A DNA stretch of 64,000 nt from Phoronis australis (lineage: Eukaryota > Animalia > Phoronida): NCBI GenBank assembly GCA_002633005.1, contig NMRA01000244.1, positions 1 through 64,000 on the forward strand, given 5' to 3'. The translations under genes and the position numbers were made by a program. This document shows, one piece after another, positions 49,201 to 57,422 of this stretch. The notes beneath the pieces are model-generated. The model searched no databases and had not been told where the DNA came from. It saw only the letters and a list, made by a program, of their open reading frames with translations. Positions within the stretch are counted from its first letter, which is position 1; every line of letters begins with the position of its first letter.

Positions 49201-51074
49201 TTATCTCTGTAATTGCTTGGCCAAATTAGTAAGAAACACAACATATAGCGATGATGTGAATATGAAGTAGCTTGAAAATTGCTAAATGTTTTTAAGTATG
49301 AGTTTTGTGACAAAAATGACCGCCGCAAGTCATTGAACCACGTCCAGTAAGTATCGTGATATGGTGCTGAGGAATAACACTACACGATGCGGGCCAGGGT
49401 CAGAGCCTGTGAGGTACGTCTTTAGTGCAAAGGTCACCTATGTCTAGATGTTTTGTTTTCACATTTACAATTTGTCAATAGCTGCACTTTCTTTAATGTA
49501 GATTATTTTAATGTAGCATTGCCATTAGGTTCGTGCTACATATTAGCATTAGCATAGTTAGGAGCATGTAAATACATCGTTCATGTATCTTTAGCAGAAG
49601 CTGTGTAAAGTGTGCCTTGATATACTCCAGTATACCAGTCAATTCACCTTCAAGTCGGTAACTGGTCATTTTACATTGCACGCACTCTTATTTTTACATT
49701 GCGAGCAATCCTGGTGAAGGCAGTGTAAAAATGGCCAGTTCTCGATTTGGGAAACTGAACGAGGAATTGCTCGAACAAAGTTTAATAATTTCGGTAGTGT
49801 TTGTTCAAGTTGGAAGGAATAAGACATCAACGGCCACCTACGGTGTCCCTCTATGCACAAAAGATACTAATTAATAGCAATGTGACTTTGATGTTTTAAA
49901 CAGTGTGGGGCATAATTTGCTGAAAAGCTTCCAGCATATGAAGCGCCTATAGGAGCATCACCGTCTTTACTGGGGGCCAGTTGAGACGGTATTCACTGTC
50001 TAAACTATCAGTACTGTCACTATGTGCACCTTTCAAGGCATAGATACCTATTGTGGCAGTGTCTTTATACCTTACGAATTGGAACAAATGCTCTCGCAAT
50101 CAACAGTTTCCCTGAGAATGTTTATAGTCAATGTGCTGGAGACCAAATGGAAACATACAGAGGGTCAGAGAGAGGTCACCAGTCTGCCAGCCATGCCAAG
50201 AGAAGACACCACAGACAGAAGAGCTGTCGGCAAGAATAGAAGATGATCCCACTGTGCCCTGCATTATAAACTGACATTCATCCACATTTGAAGTACAGAA
50301 GTAGCCTATCTCTGAGCCATTTGTAGCATTAAGGTTGCATGCTATTTATCACCTTATTTGGCTTCTGCTCCACTGCACTGTACATAGTTCCTTCAATCAT
50401 GAACGGACCAGAACTTAAAAAATTAGTTCGCAGACTCCCACACACATATCTCATGGGTGTCACAATGCTGCATCAGTACTCTGCTTATCAAGCGGTCGTG
50501 CACTAGTACTAAAAAAGTAAGGATCCAGACACAGAACACCACTCACTGACTGCCCAATGGTCAATACAGTGTTGAGTGAACTTAATTTAGAGTTGGAAAC
50601 TACATAACTTTCGTGGGAGCAACTACCCGTCCGTTAAGTCAGTAACATGTCGAGTAGTAGGCTACAAAGTTTCTTTCGAGATAATGTTTGGTACTTTGGT
50701 GGGTGGTGTTCCATGCTTAGCGGTCAATGAGGTATTTTAACTGTGCTGCGTTGATTGGGACCGTGAATGCGACATCAGAGTTCAGGCAGCCCGAGTCATT
50801 CCAATGTTTAGTTGTAAATTTTGATTTCTTTACGCCGATTAGGAATACGTTACCACTCCAGTCGTTACCTTTGAATGTCCTGCAACACGTTCATCAATAT
50901 AAAGCCACCAGGGATGTTTAGTAGACCAACAGATCCGTCTTTTAGTAGAAGGCTTACTATACCATAACATTTCGAGCAAGATGCGCTCAGGACGTCTTTT
51001 TTATTCACACTATCTTTAAGTTTTTGGAGTACAATCTCCACGCACTCTCTGGACAACGCCATGTCCTTGATCAT
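13081..51074 (-). CDS. SPG11: Spatacsin (SPG11), complete multi-exon gene, 42 coding exons, ~2505 aa
   Basis: Hand-spliced exons all have GT..AG boundaries with consistent phases and sum to 7518 nt. Peptides match spatacsin motifs as I recall them: LNQWDRCSIPVHALEIGLRHRQLDTVAFFLK, DPSVVFQASLSNA, YYLRQGRPSFAF, VELLICAHECY, IRLLTGVGRFSEMTYIFD. Confidence 0.97.
13365..13558 (-). mobile_element. Degenerate tRNA-derived SINE in the last SPG11 intron
   Basis: TGGCACAGTGA...GGCTTCAAATCC A/B-box-like head on the minus strand. Confidence 0.55.
14080..14231 (-). CDS. SPG11: SPG11 exon 41, copy B (duplicate or allelic)
   Basis: Same exon with DWPSAIY; donor GTAAGA. Confidence 0.75.
15536..15687 (-). 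CDS. SPG11: SPG11 exon 41, copy A
   Basis: AYIVAEAYHRHSDWASAIYQQMVVSGDIKYL; donor GTAAGT. Confidence 0.9.
17158..17378 (-). CDS. SPG11: SPG11 exon 40
   Basis: DAAESYVKEECLRHAQNC...LVALQ. Confidence 0.95.
18810..18975 (-). CDS. SPG11: SPG11 exon 39
   Basis: LKLAILEYLKRYPGD...FTMYREIA. Confidence 0.95.
19257..19364 (-). CDS. SPG11: SPG11 exon 38
   Basis: IRLLTGVGRFSEMTYIFDTLKQNHQFELL. Confidence 0.96.
20113..20222. mobile_element. ~110-bp hairpin MITE, copy 1
   Basis: Imperfect foldback; homologous to 24635-24744. Confidence 0.7.
21272..21414 (-). CDS. SPG11: SPG11 exon 37
   Basis: VELLICAHECYTQACNMEGISNILRAAR. Confidence 0.96.
21758..21931 (-). CDS. SPG11: SPG11 exon 36
   Basis: LIKLCCDASLLGARL. 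Confidence 0.9.
22360..22564 (-). CDS. SPG11: SPG11 exon 35
   Basis: LLDLEY...VLRQLL...VAGFVAE. Confidence 0.92.
23390..23538 (-). CDS. SPG11: SPG11 exon 34
   Basis: MERLQQHCCLGQRCCSRIVTLYKVSQ. Confidence 0.88.
23646..23985. repeat. 18-bp minisatellite (TGTACTGTATTGAGGTGC)n
   Basis: About 18 units; explains the spurious repetitive ORFs here. Confidence 0.95.
24183..24321 (-). CDS. SPG11: SPG11 exon 33
   Basis: TCIRLASE...LSRTIS; donor GTAAGT. Confidence 0.85.
24635..24744. mobile_element. ~110-bp hairpin MITE, copy 2
   Basis: GATATAACGTGCC..GAGAACCAGT..ACTGGTTCTC..GGCAC. Confidence 0.7.
25049..25165 (-). CDS. SPG11: SPG11 exon 32
   Basis: LDSLLDQLLDQGHICEACKL...DLAIIL. Confidence 0.92.
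26030..26149 (-). CDS. SPG11: SPG11 exon 31
   Basis: SGSKPHRPAV...TTTLTEK; phase 0 to 0. Confidence 0.8.
26918..27085 (-). CDS. SPG11: SPG11 exon 30
   Basis: EKLLICQLAFDWL...LNELQLLIWQCQL. Confidence 0.9.
27533..27670 (-). CDS. SPG11: SPG11 exon 29
   Basis: RTEFWKSC...AAKFFQ. Confidence 0.92.
27953..28167 (-). CDS. SPG11: SPG11 exon 28
   Basis: LDFNKLCQL...GLPRDDITINE. Confidence 0.92.
28992..29163 (-). CDS. SPG11: SPG11 exon 27
   Basis: CQLSKNSETVSQVSWTQKMA...; phase 0 to 1; not in the ORF track. Confidence 0.85.
29328..30090. mobile_element. Related MITE spanning assembly gap 29460-30062
   Basis: CATAGGCGGAT...ATCTGCCCCTG; flanks GACAA / GACAC. Confidence 0.6.
30231..30335 (-). CDS. 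SPG11: SPG11 exon 26
   Basis: ESPLLPFLHFY...FKNTMYK. Confidence 0.9.
30647..30830. repeat. 93-bp tandem duplication, 2 copies
   Basis: AAACCAAGTTAT recurs at 30647 and 30740. Confidence 0.9.
30888..31085 (-). CDS. SPG11: SPG11 exon 25
   Basis: LCVWLLMS...WTYDDL...GFKIFNK. Confidence 0.92.
31728..31879 (-). CDS. SPG11: SPG11 exon 24
   Basis: DIFGVLFTC...PWRALL...PVLAVFAACFK. Confidence 0.93.
32253..32336 (-). CDS. SPG11: SPG11 exon 23 (acidic linker)
   Basis: VTSSSEDDVTTTSESCGEQESEQTPAE; symmetric phase 1, 84 nt. Confidence 0.78.
32734..32926 (-). CDS. SPG11: SPG11 exon 22
   Basis: LLELSSKFKSSSLKEHL... Confidence 0.9.
33152..33311 (-). CDS. SPG11: SPG11 exon 21
   Basis: WHLVILFCHLHRLPL...CAREDDWLMFL. 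Confidence 0.94.
33523..33628 (-). CDS. SPG11: SPG11 exon 20
   Basis: NLLVKCF...LLPLLEKAV...; phase 1 to 2. Confidence 0.88.
34259..34479 (-). CDS. SPG11: SPG11 exon 19
   Basis: IAVACIVFTELLGRDSSLLRV. Confidence 0.93.
35285..35545. repeat. Degenerate ~20-bp minisatellite (CAAGCTTGAATAATACTGGG)
   Basis: Direct inspection. Confidence 0.85.
35620..35791 (-). CDS. SPG11: SPG11 exon 18
   Basis: DMPHFSQPDLVDKFA...YYLRQGRPSFAF. Confidence 0.93.
36348..36420 (-). CDS. SPG11: SPG11 exon 17
   Basis: HTAPFDPSKLFAWQTTN. Confidence 0.92.
36889..37047 (-). CDS. SPG11: SPG11 exon 16
   Basis: ALSSYPKLQAALF...DISVYQLLM. Confidence 0.94.
37601..37746 (-). CDS. SPG11: SPG11 exon 15
   Basis: DPSVVFQASLSNA...ALASIMYAP. 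Confidence 0.94.
38276..38382 (-). CDS. SPG11: SPG11 exon 14
   Basis: LGLDEGG...SWLDMLVKFRVVAHKIQ; not in the ORF track. Confidence 0.9.
38786..38998 (-). CDS. SPG11: SPG11 exon 13
   Basis: HGVFASHEVSDFSQLLRRL...YYYLDYF. Confidence 0.93.
39436..39652 (-). CDS. SPG11: SPG11 exon 12
   Basis: PGILWRYLVDHNDW...RERVLDELA. Confidence 0.93.
40283..40443 (-). CDS. SPG11: SPG11 exon 11
   Basis: ...IMLEWIRSWDEVARQRILLE...; phase 2 to 1. Confidence 0.88.
41138..41290. repeat. 20-bp minisatellite (ATGGGACATTCAATTGTCAC)
   Basis: About 7 units. Confidence 0.92.
41657..41850 (-). CDS. SPG11: SPG11 exon 10
   Basis: GFDVKTKLRQICFYTTDKRLREFL... Confidence 0.93.
42245..42433. repeat. Near-perfect inverted repeat, 89-bp arms with an 11-nt loop
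   Basis: Arms 42245-42333 and 42345-42433 with one mismatch. Confidence 0.95.
42794..42967 (-). CDS. SPG11: SPG11 exon 9
   Basis: DVVTDAILMSNIPLVQAYL...ASQLLANL. Confidence 0.93.
43810..44022 (-). CDS. SPG11: SPG11 exon 8
   Basis: GEVESCLNTLTDYIEELR...KWKTMRVQ. Confidence 0.9.
44416..44702 (-). CDS. SPG11: SPG11 exon 7
   Basis: ...SAKQFADQLLEISLNYL...; GT/AG boundaries, phase 1 to 0. Confidence 0.9.
45100..45250 (-). CDS. SPG11: SPG11 exon 6
   Basis: MMLFESATFADYFCRLNQWDRCSIPVHALEIGLRHRQLDTVAFFLKSREN. Confidence 0.95.
45436..45556 (-). CDS. SPG11: SPG11 exon 5
   Basis: LQGNCYVIL...SQEDLVNR; donor GTAAGC. Confidence 0.9.
46054..46753 (-). CDS. SPG11: SPG11 exon 4 (700 nt)
   Basis: Overlaps the 225-aa ORF; IYNTSSGK...FDITKDLKSVIL...KYH; donor AG|GTGTGT. 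Confidence 0.9.
46754..47385 (-). other. U12-type (minor spliceosome) GT-AG intron of SPG11
   Basis: 5' site GTATCCTTT; branch TTTTCTTAAC 12 nt before the 3' junction; no pyrimidine tract; splicing keeps frame. Confidence 0.9.
47386..47592 (-). CDS. SPG11: SPG11 exon 3 (followed by U12 intron)
   Basis: tctgtttcag|; LSALCNISLLQF...FTMDLSDVI; donor GTATCCTTT. Confidence 0.85.
47660..47880. repeat. ~38-bp minisatellite
   Basis: GGGTTGTGAGATTGAGCCTGTCAGTAACACAAGGGAG repeated 5-6 times. Confidence 0.9.
48340..48800. repeat. Interspersed AT-rich repeat family; inverted copies at ~58860-59290 and ~61135-61430
   Basis: Shared CAAATTTGG, TTTTTGAGATTTC, AAATTTGGTCAT and TCAAAAATCAAATTCTAC blocks. 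Confidence 0.65.
48926..49143 (-). CDS. SPG11: SPG11 exon 2
   Basis: ttttcag|; VIWKSVDTTDDVLLSPQLCC...; donor G|GTAATT. Confidence 0.85.
49720..50001. mobile_element. Diverged solo arm of the 1110-2066 family
   Basis: Shares AGTTGGAAGGAAT, GTGACTTTGATGTTTTA and AGCGCCTATAGGAGC. Confidence 0.8.
50869..51074 (-). CDS. SPG11: SPG11 coding exon 1 (start ATG at 51074 or 51062)
   Basis: MIKDMALSRECVEIVLQ...QDIQ; donor AG|GTAACG, phase 2 matches exon 2. Confidence 0.8.
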
Positions 51075-53966
51075 ATGATAACTGACCTCTTTTGGGGTAA
51101 AAATAAGCGAACCTGGCGCACGTAATCAGAACTAATATCTGATTCCAGTCGTGGGGCTCCGGCGTTCCGGCCGGTCTGCGTTATCCAACACCCGGCATCG
51201 TGCAGCCTACACCGCTTGTGTTCTCTTATGGGCATAACTCAGTGGCCGGTGACGGACTTCATGCTAGGTGGACGCGATCGAGAAGAAAAATACCGTCAGC
51301 ATGCCGTTTGCAGGACTTACGCGGAGATTTCCGTCAATGATCAATTGTTTAAATTAATGAAGTTCTTGATTGGCATCCACAGTTGAATTCAAACATTTAA
51401 TTTGATATGTTTGGCTGAAAGTTTTAGTCTAGTCGCAACCGGTTACGCGCCGACTCTTCATTGAGGCCGTCTTATGGTACAGAGATGCTTTGATCAATTC
51501 TGGGATCAATTCAATCAAGCTTTCCATGGCACCGGCAGCAGTACAGCGCACGTTTACTTCAGTTTTCAACTAGGCTAATGCCCTTGAGTTTTCACAATGG
51601 AAAATGTTATCAACATATGTTTTTCGTCATTATTTCGGCGGCTCTTCAGTTCTCGAGGGTTATCCAATTTTCCTCAACGGACTTCAAATTTTCACCTGCG
51701 GACCCCGACGGTTACTCGCGATATGCCATATCCCACACTTTTCATTTCTGGCCTCGAGAGTTAGTTGGCACTTAGAACAGGTGGCACTGAGTGACTCCTC
51801 TGAAACCTGTATTTGGTGAGCCATTGAGGACAAAACCGTTCATGTGAAAATACGAGGCCACGCGACCGCTATACCACTAAACTGAACTTGAGTTTTGAAA
51901 ATCTGACACGTTAGAAGCCGTTGGGACATTTTTCACTGAGTCCAGTCGAAACTTAATGGCAACGTTCGCGACAGCATCCTACTCATGCAACGTACGGGCC
52001 CGGCGGGGTTGTGAACTGCCGTCACACACGACTTCAAAGCAGGTCCGCCGTACGTATGAAGTGGGTGCTCCCGGCTCCCCCACTGAATTCTAACACATGA
52101 CGGCGACATCCCGTTGCTCCCAACTTGTTCGATTCTATATAGCCCATGATGAACAAGTTCGGAAGTTTACCTACTGGTAGCCAATATCTTACACGACTAA
52201 TTAACTCTATTCTGGCATTTATCAGTGGTTGGAGGGCCTGCGCTCTTTTGTTCGATAATTGCTCTAATCTCAGATCAGATCGTACAGTATCTAGACTGAC
52301 TGGGCTGGGCTAATAAAAATGAAAGTTAAGTTGTAACATATTTGAGCTTAAAACAATAGCATTTCTGAATTCCTCGTCAAAGGCTGCATGATGACGTTCC
52401 TTTTTTGAATCACCAAAATCGCCCAACTACAACAGCTAGTTAAGACAATCTATTCTGTCTAAATGGACTCACTGGGTTTGACTGCAGTGTGTTCATACGC
52501 ATTCGCCGGTAATAGCGTGCAACCACCATACGTTTCCTTTGAAGCCTGGGAGATAATTGGCCTGCTTGTTATCATACGGGAAAAAAGACTGAGCTGGGCA
52601 GTTAAAAAAGAGCCAGATGTTATCCGGCACGTTCAGCGCCCATCACGTCTGGAAAAGTTACTGAACGACAGAACGCTGTGATGATGAAGTCGTCACTTCA
52701 CTGTGAAATCGCGAAGTCCCGGCGGCAGTGCGATAGCCGGGCATGGGGCAGTTGAGAAGCACAGCGAAACACGTAAATACACGCCTTCAAAAAGTCCGAG
52801 AAAGCTTCTTCTACACAGACTATCCAGAACACTCCGCTATTCAGGCGTTACTTCAGTGAACTATAACTGTGCATATACACGCTCAACTGAATATCTGTTA
52901 TCCTACTGAACCCCAAGCAGCATTCCAGTTCTACTGAACCCCAATTAAGCAACCTTCCCCTCACGGTTTCTGGATTTGGTCGCCACTCAAGTGCATTAGG
53001 GGCTCGGATGTGAACAACCGGGATTTTAAAAAGCCAGAGAGTGTACTNCCAGTCCCCCATTTGGCGAAGTGGGTGAAAAAGGTCCGCCTCCGGAGACAAA
53101 AAGTCCGGGAAAATGGGACCGTCAGTCCCGTACTGAACAAGCACAAACACGCAAATCACAGTGGTGCTTCCGTTTTTTTTTGTTTTTTTTTATTTTTAGT
53201 CCACCCGATCCGTTTGTTGAAAGGGTCCGCAACGTCATGTAGGAATTCAAACCCCTCCCTGGTAGGCTGCCGTGGGTGCGTGCATGTAAGGACACTCAAC
53301 AGCGCCTTTTTCAACTAAGCATATGGCTCTTGCTAATAAAATGTCTCATATAGACATCATATAGTATTCAAGATGTGGCCTGAACTTTGAGTGATTACAA
53401 CGCGGCGATGACCCCAACCAGGGAAGTTGAATTTTGGTCACCGAGGGAACGAAATTATAACTACAAAATTTTCAGTCGGATGCTACTCCCCGTATTTTCA
53501 GTTCCGGATTTCACAGCCCGTCGAAGGAGTTTTTTACGTTTGATACCCCACAAAGGGGTTTTGGCAACCAAACAGTGAATTTCATCAAAAGATACAGAAC
53601 AAATCTAAGCTTTAAACGCACACGCGTAACGTGTTCCGGTCCAACAAGTGACCTTTCTACATTAAGTCTTGTCACTAGTTGAAACCCGCCATGTCCTCCG
53701 GCTCATTTGCAGCACCCGTTTTCTGCCCTATCACTATCAGCATTTTTCCTTTCATCGCGGTCACAATCTAATTCTTCAATTAGCTTTTGTTATTTCTGAA
53801 TTTTTTCTCAATGTTTTTGTTGGGATTATATCTATAAATATGACAGATACCAATTTGATCTGAGTTTGCGTTGGACTCAGTCAGTCCTAACACCTAAGAA
53901 GACTGCAGGTTGTGCTCATTGTGTCAACAGGTGCAACGCTTCCCATAATGCACAACAATGCGAATA

Positions 53967-53976
53967 CGCATGCGCA
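53967..53976 (+). promoter_or_regulatory. NRF1-like motif in the SRPK promoter
   Basis: CGCATGCGCA about 35 nt upstream of the SRPK ATG. Confidence 0.5.
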
Positions 53977-54008
53977 TAGTTTAAGTGACAAACTTGAAGT
54001 TTTGAGCC

Positions 54009-54024
54009 ATGAGCTCAAAAAAGG
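54009..54024 (+). CDS. SRPK: SRSF protein kinase (SRPK1/2-like) coding exon 1
   Basis: gccATG AGC TCA AAA AAG G|GTAAGA; splices in frame to give MSSKKVLAIQARKKRTK. Confidence 0.85.
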
Positions 54025-54113
54025 GTAAGAAAATAAGTGGAAAGTATACGATTGCATTCTTCCTTTTATTTCTTTGAGATATGTGTTTAAATTTCAATGC
54101 TCGTATTTTGTAG

Positions 54114-54219
54114 TTCTGGCAATCCAAGCTCGAAAGAAGAGGACAAAGCCCAAAACTCGGTATCAAAACCCCAAAGTCGAGAAAAAGGTTCAGAATCAAA
54201 AGGAACCGTCAAAATCAGG
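54114..54219 (+). CDS. SRPK: SRPK coding exon 2; the gene continues beyond the window
   Basis: ttttgtag|...VLAIQARKKRTKPKTRY...SKS G|GTGAGT; matches the SRPK1/2 N-terminal motif KVLA(I/L)QARK(K/R)R. Confidence 0.88.
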
Positions 54220-55092
54220 GTGAGTTGAAGTGCTTTCTTTTCTATTAGCCGATTGTCTTGTTTTGGAAGAGTTAACAGAACTACTTGTTGTAGTTCCCAA
54301 ACATTGATTTCAAAGGAAATGACTTACCTTGTATGTTGATTCTGGCGATTGTCGGCATAAGAATAAACCTCAACAGTTTTTGGGATGTATAGCATGGTCG
54401 GATATAGCGGTCCCTGAGAGTATCAGTTTCATCCACTAAATAATGGGCCCGTCGCTCAGTGATTGCCGGATTCTCTAAATCAGGGACCGCTATATCCGAC
54501 CAGTGTCGTATAATTGTTCTTATGTTAAATGGGCTGTGTAAAGACAGTGAAGACAGATGACAGTCACGAAACTCAAGATCATGGAAGGATGTGGAATTTC
54601 ATCATGTATTAAAAGTTAAGTTCATGATCACACTAGATTTCCTTGTGATTTCTTGTACGGAATGCACCACAGATCAACATCAGACATTTTGATGTGTTGT
54701 CTTCTCATAACTTTCGAGTGTTACATAGAGTCATAAAAAGCCTCCCTAAATGGCTTGCCAAGCAGTAGTTGCCTCTTGACTGAATGGTTTGGAGGCTTGG
54801 CTGTCATGCGGGCTATCATGGTTCAAGACCTTCAAATCTCAGTGTCAGCAAAATTTTCTGCATTGACGTCCACCTAAGGTAAAACTCATGAAAAAACCCT
54901 CAGGTTTGAATAGTTGTTGTGAGTGACTGATGAGAGGGTGCCAGCCTGGTTGTGTTGGGTCTAGAACTCAAGGGGGCGCTGTAGAAGGCAAGTTCCAGGA
55001 TGTTGATCCTTATAATTAAAACTGGTTGGAAGGCATCACTCTAGCTGTAGAAATCTTATGGGTTGGGAAGTGGGAATAGGTGGGCACTGTGA

Positions 55093-55250
55093 CAGGCTGG
55101 GTCTAAAGTTGGAGAGAGCTGTGCTAATGTTGGACTAGTATCATGTTGTTTGTAGTTGGTTTGATAATTACAGGCTGGGTCTAAAGTTGGAGAGAGCTGT
55201 GCTAGTGTTCGACTAGTATCATGTTGTTTGTAATTGGTTTGATAATTACA
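55093..55250. repeat. 78-bp tandem duplication, 2 copies
   Basis: CAGGCTGGGTCTAAAG at 55093 and 55171. Confidence 0.9.
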
Positions 55251-57271
55251 CAGGTGGGCAGACGTTTCTTTTAAAGCGACTAAAAACACAGAAACCAAAT
55301 TTTTATTTAGAGCACTTAATGAACCTGAACTCAACTTGTTCCTGACTCGGATAAGCTTGTAAAGAACTGACATAATTTTCATTATTGCTTGTAGCCCAGC
55401 TGTGCACTTAAAGTGACTCTCCATGCTTAAGCTACTTTTTAGAGCCTGGTATGGAGTAGTGACGGTTAGTTCTAAGCCAAGGAGTCTCGTGTAATTTGAC
55501 CAAGCAGCAATTTGAGTCTTGAGTATAGTAAGTGGTCGGAAGCAACAGTTAGTTTTTATGACTGGAGGCTGATTCACAGGTAGTCTAACACAACTAGTTT
55601 GGTGGTGACAGGTTTAAGAAACATATTTTACTTTCCTAGGACAGATTCGTTGTAAAAACTGACATGCACCGCCTGCTGCCCATAGAGCTTTGTGTGGTGG
55701 AAACGTCCTGTGATTTGTATTACGCTTCGCCTTGGCTAAACTATGATTTTGTCATAGCCGTTTTTCCATGTGACCTGAATATTCTGTTACAGTCCCAGGT
55801 GTGCAGTGAGATGACATTGCGAACTATAGATGCTCTAGTAAAACCCATGATCCTGCCAGGTTGCTGGAGCATTGTTGGGCAAGTTTTCAGCTTGCTAATA
55901 TGCCCTAAGGGTGTCGCTCTAGGCTCAAAGCTACTTGAGACAAAGTGACGTTGATGGTTTAGCCTGGACTAGGCGTAATTTTCTGAAATTCTTCCAGTGT
56001 ACATACAAGGATCTATGGCACGTGCATTCATGGATGCTCCAACAGGTTATCGGTCTCAGTACAGTCCAAGCTTTACTATTTGTGTTCATGTAACGATGTT
56101 GTGAATAGGAACGGGGTTGAAAAGACTGGTCTTGAAGGAAGTATGTAGCTATCATGTGTTTAATCACTTTTGCTAGAGAAAAAATAACTTAACGATACTT
56201 ATCGGAGCGCATTTTCTGTTCTCAGTCAGGTCCATTGTAGTTAAACCATGAAATCTCACTCATGCATACAGTGGTACTGATAGAACAGATGCATAAATGA
56301 AGTTTGCAGTTTTAATTTGAATGTCAAATGCAATGTATTTGTTTTTTACGTTTGACATCATTGCTACACATGTAATATTTAAATTTATTTGTCTTGTATG
56401 ACAGTGTGCCGAAGTTAGTGTATAGACTTAGTGGCTGTGTTCTGCCACTGCTATGCCTCCAAGCCTTGAGAGTTGTTCTAGAACAACTTGGAGATAGTGT
56501 CTTGTCAACAGGTGGCACTGTTGGTCCTAAGTAGTTTTCTGCTATAGTTGTATGGTTTCAATTCAGTGTTATGCCACAGTGGACTGTTTGTCATTTGTTT
56601 GTTGTCACCTCTTAAAGAAACCTTGCATGGTGCTAGATACAATGAAGTGGACTTGAGTGGAGATTTCAAAACTGCTTGTAGCTGAGGAGGATGTCTGTAC
56701 ATATAATCTTCTGTGGGTTGATCATTTTGTGCTGGCGACAATGCCTTGGTTTGATGCCAAAGCAAATTCCTGAATGATTTGTGCCTCTGAGAAATTATTA
56801 AATGACATGCATTGCTTGAGATACTTTTAATCATTTGCATTCCTTTTGGGAATTGGGATTTTCAGTGGAATTTTCTAGTTAATTATTTGACATGTTTTTA
56901 GAATGAATTTAAGGTGGTGTTTTTCATAGTTTTATTTGGTCGTTCATCTTCTGTGATTATAGGCCCGTATGTATTCAGTTAGACTTCTGCTCTCTGGGCG
57001 TGTTTTTCTGTAAGTGTACTAAAGATATTTCACTGCACGTGTTGTCTTGTAGCTGCAAACAGTAATCAGGATAGATGGGATAGTGGCTCCCCCTGTCATT
57101 GTCGGGTCTGAGTCAACTCTCAGTTGGGGATGGTAGGTACCACACCATGTTAGTAAATACTGATATTTTTCAATATTTTGTTCAAAGGCACCAAAAGTAT
57201 GTGGCGTTTGCACTGGACACGTTCTATGTATAGAAGATAGACATATCTCTTGTTCCCACTGACATAAATCC

Positions 57272-57422
57272 TGGCCAGAGATAGATGTATTTCTAGTTCC
57301 TAGTGATATGAATTTTGATCAGAGATAGACGTATACTAGTTCCTAGTGATATGAATTATGAATACTGGCCAGAGATAGACGTATTTGTAGTTCCTAGTGA
57401 TATGAATTCTGAACAGAGATAG
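57272..57422. repeat. ~45-50-bp tandem repeat, 3 copies
   Basis: CAGAGATAGA..TAGTTCCTAGTGATATGAATT. Confidence 0.85.

Noticed and set aside
50100-50285. Extra SPG11 exon between exons 1 and 2
   Set aside because: Exons 1 and 2 already join in frame, and I recognise no spatacsin similarity
52675-52850. RNase P/MRP RNA, C/D snoRNA or hammerhead ribozyme
   Set aside because: Partial motifs only (TGATGA, AAGTCC, TTCAGGC); no P4 pairing, box D placement or catalytic core geometry
55056-55577. 173-aa minus-strand ORF
   Set aside because: No recognisable domain, lengthened by a 78-bp tandem duplication, and antisense within the SRPK intron
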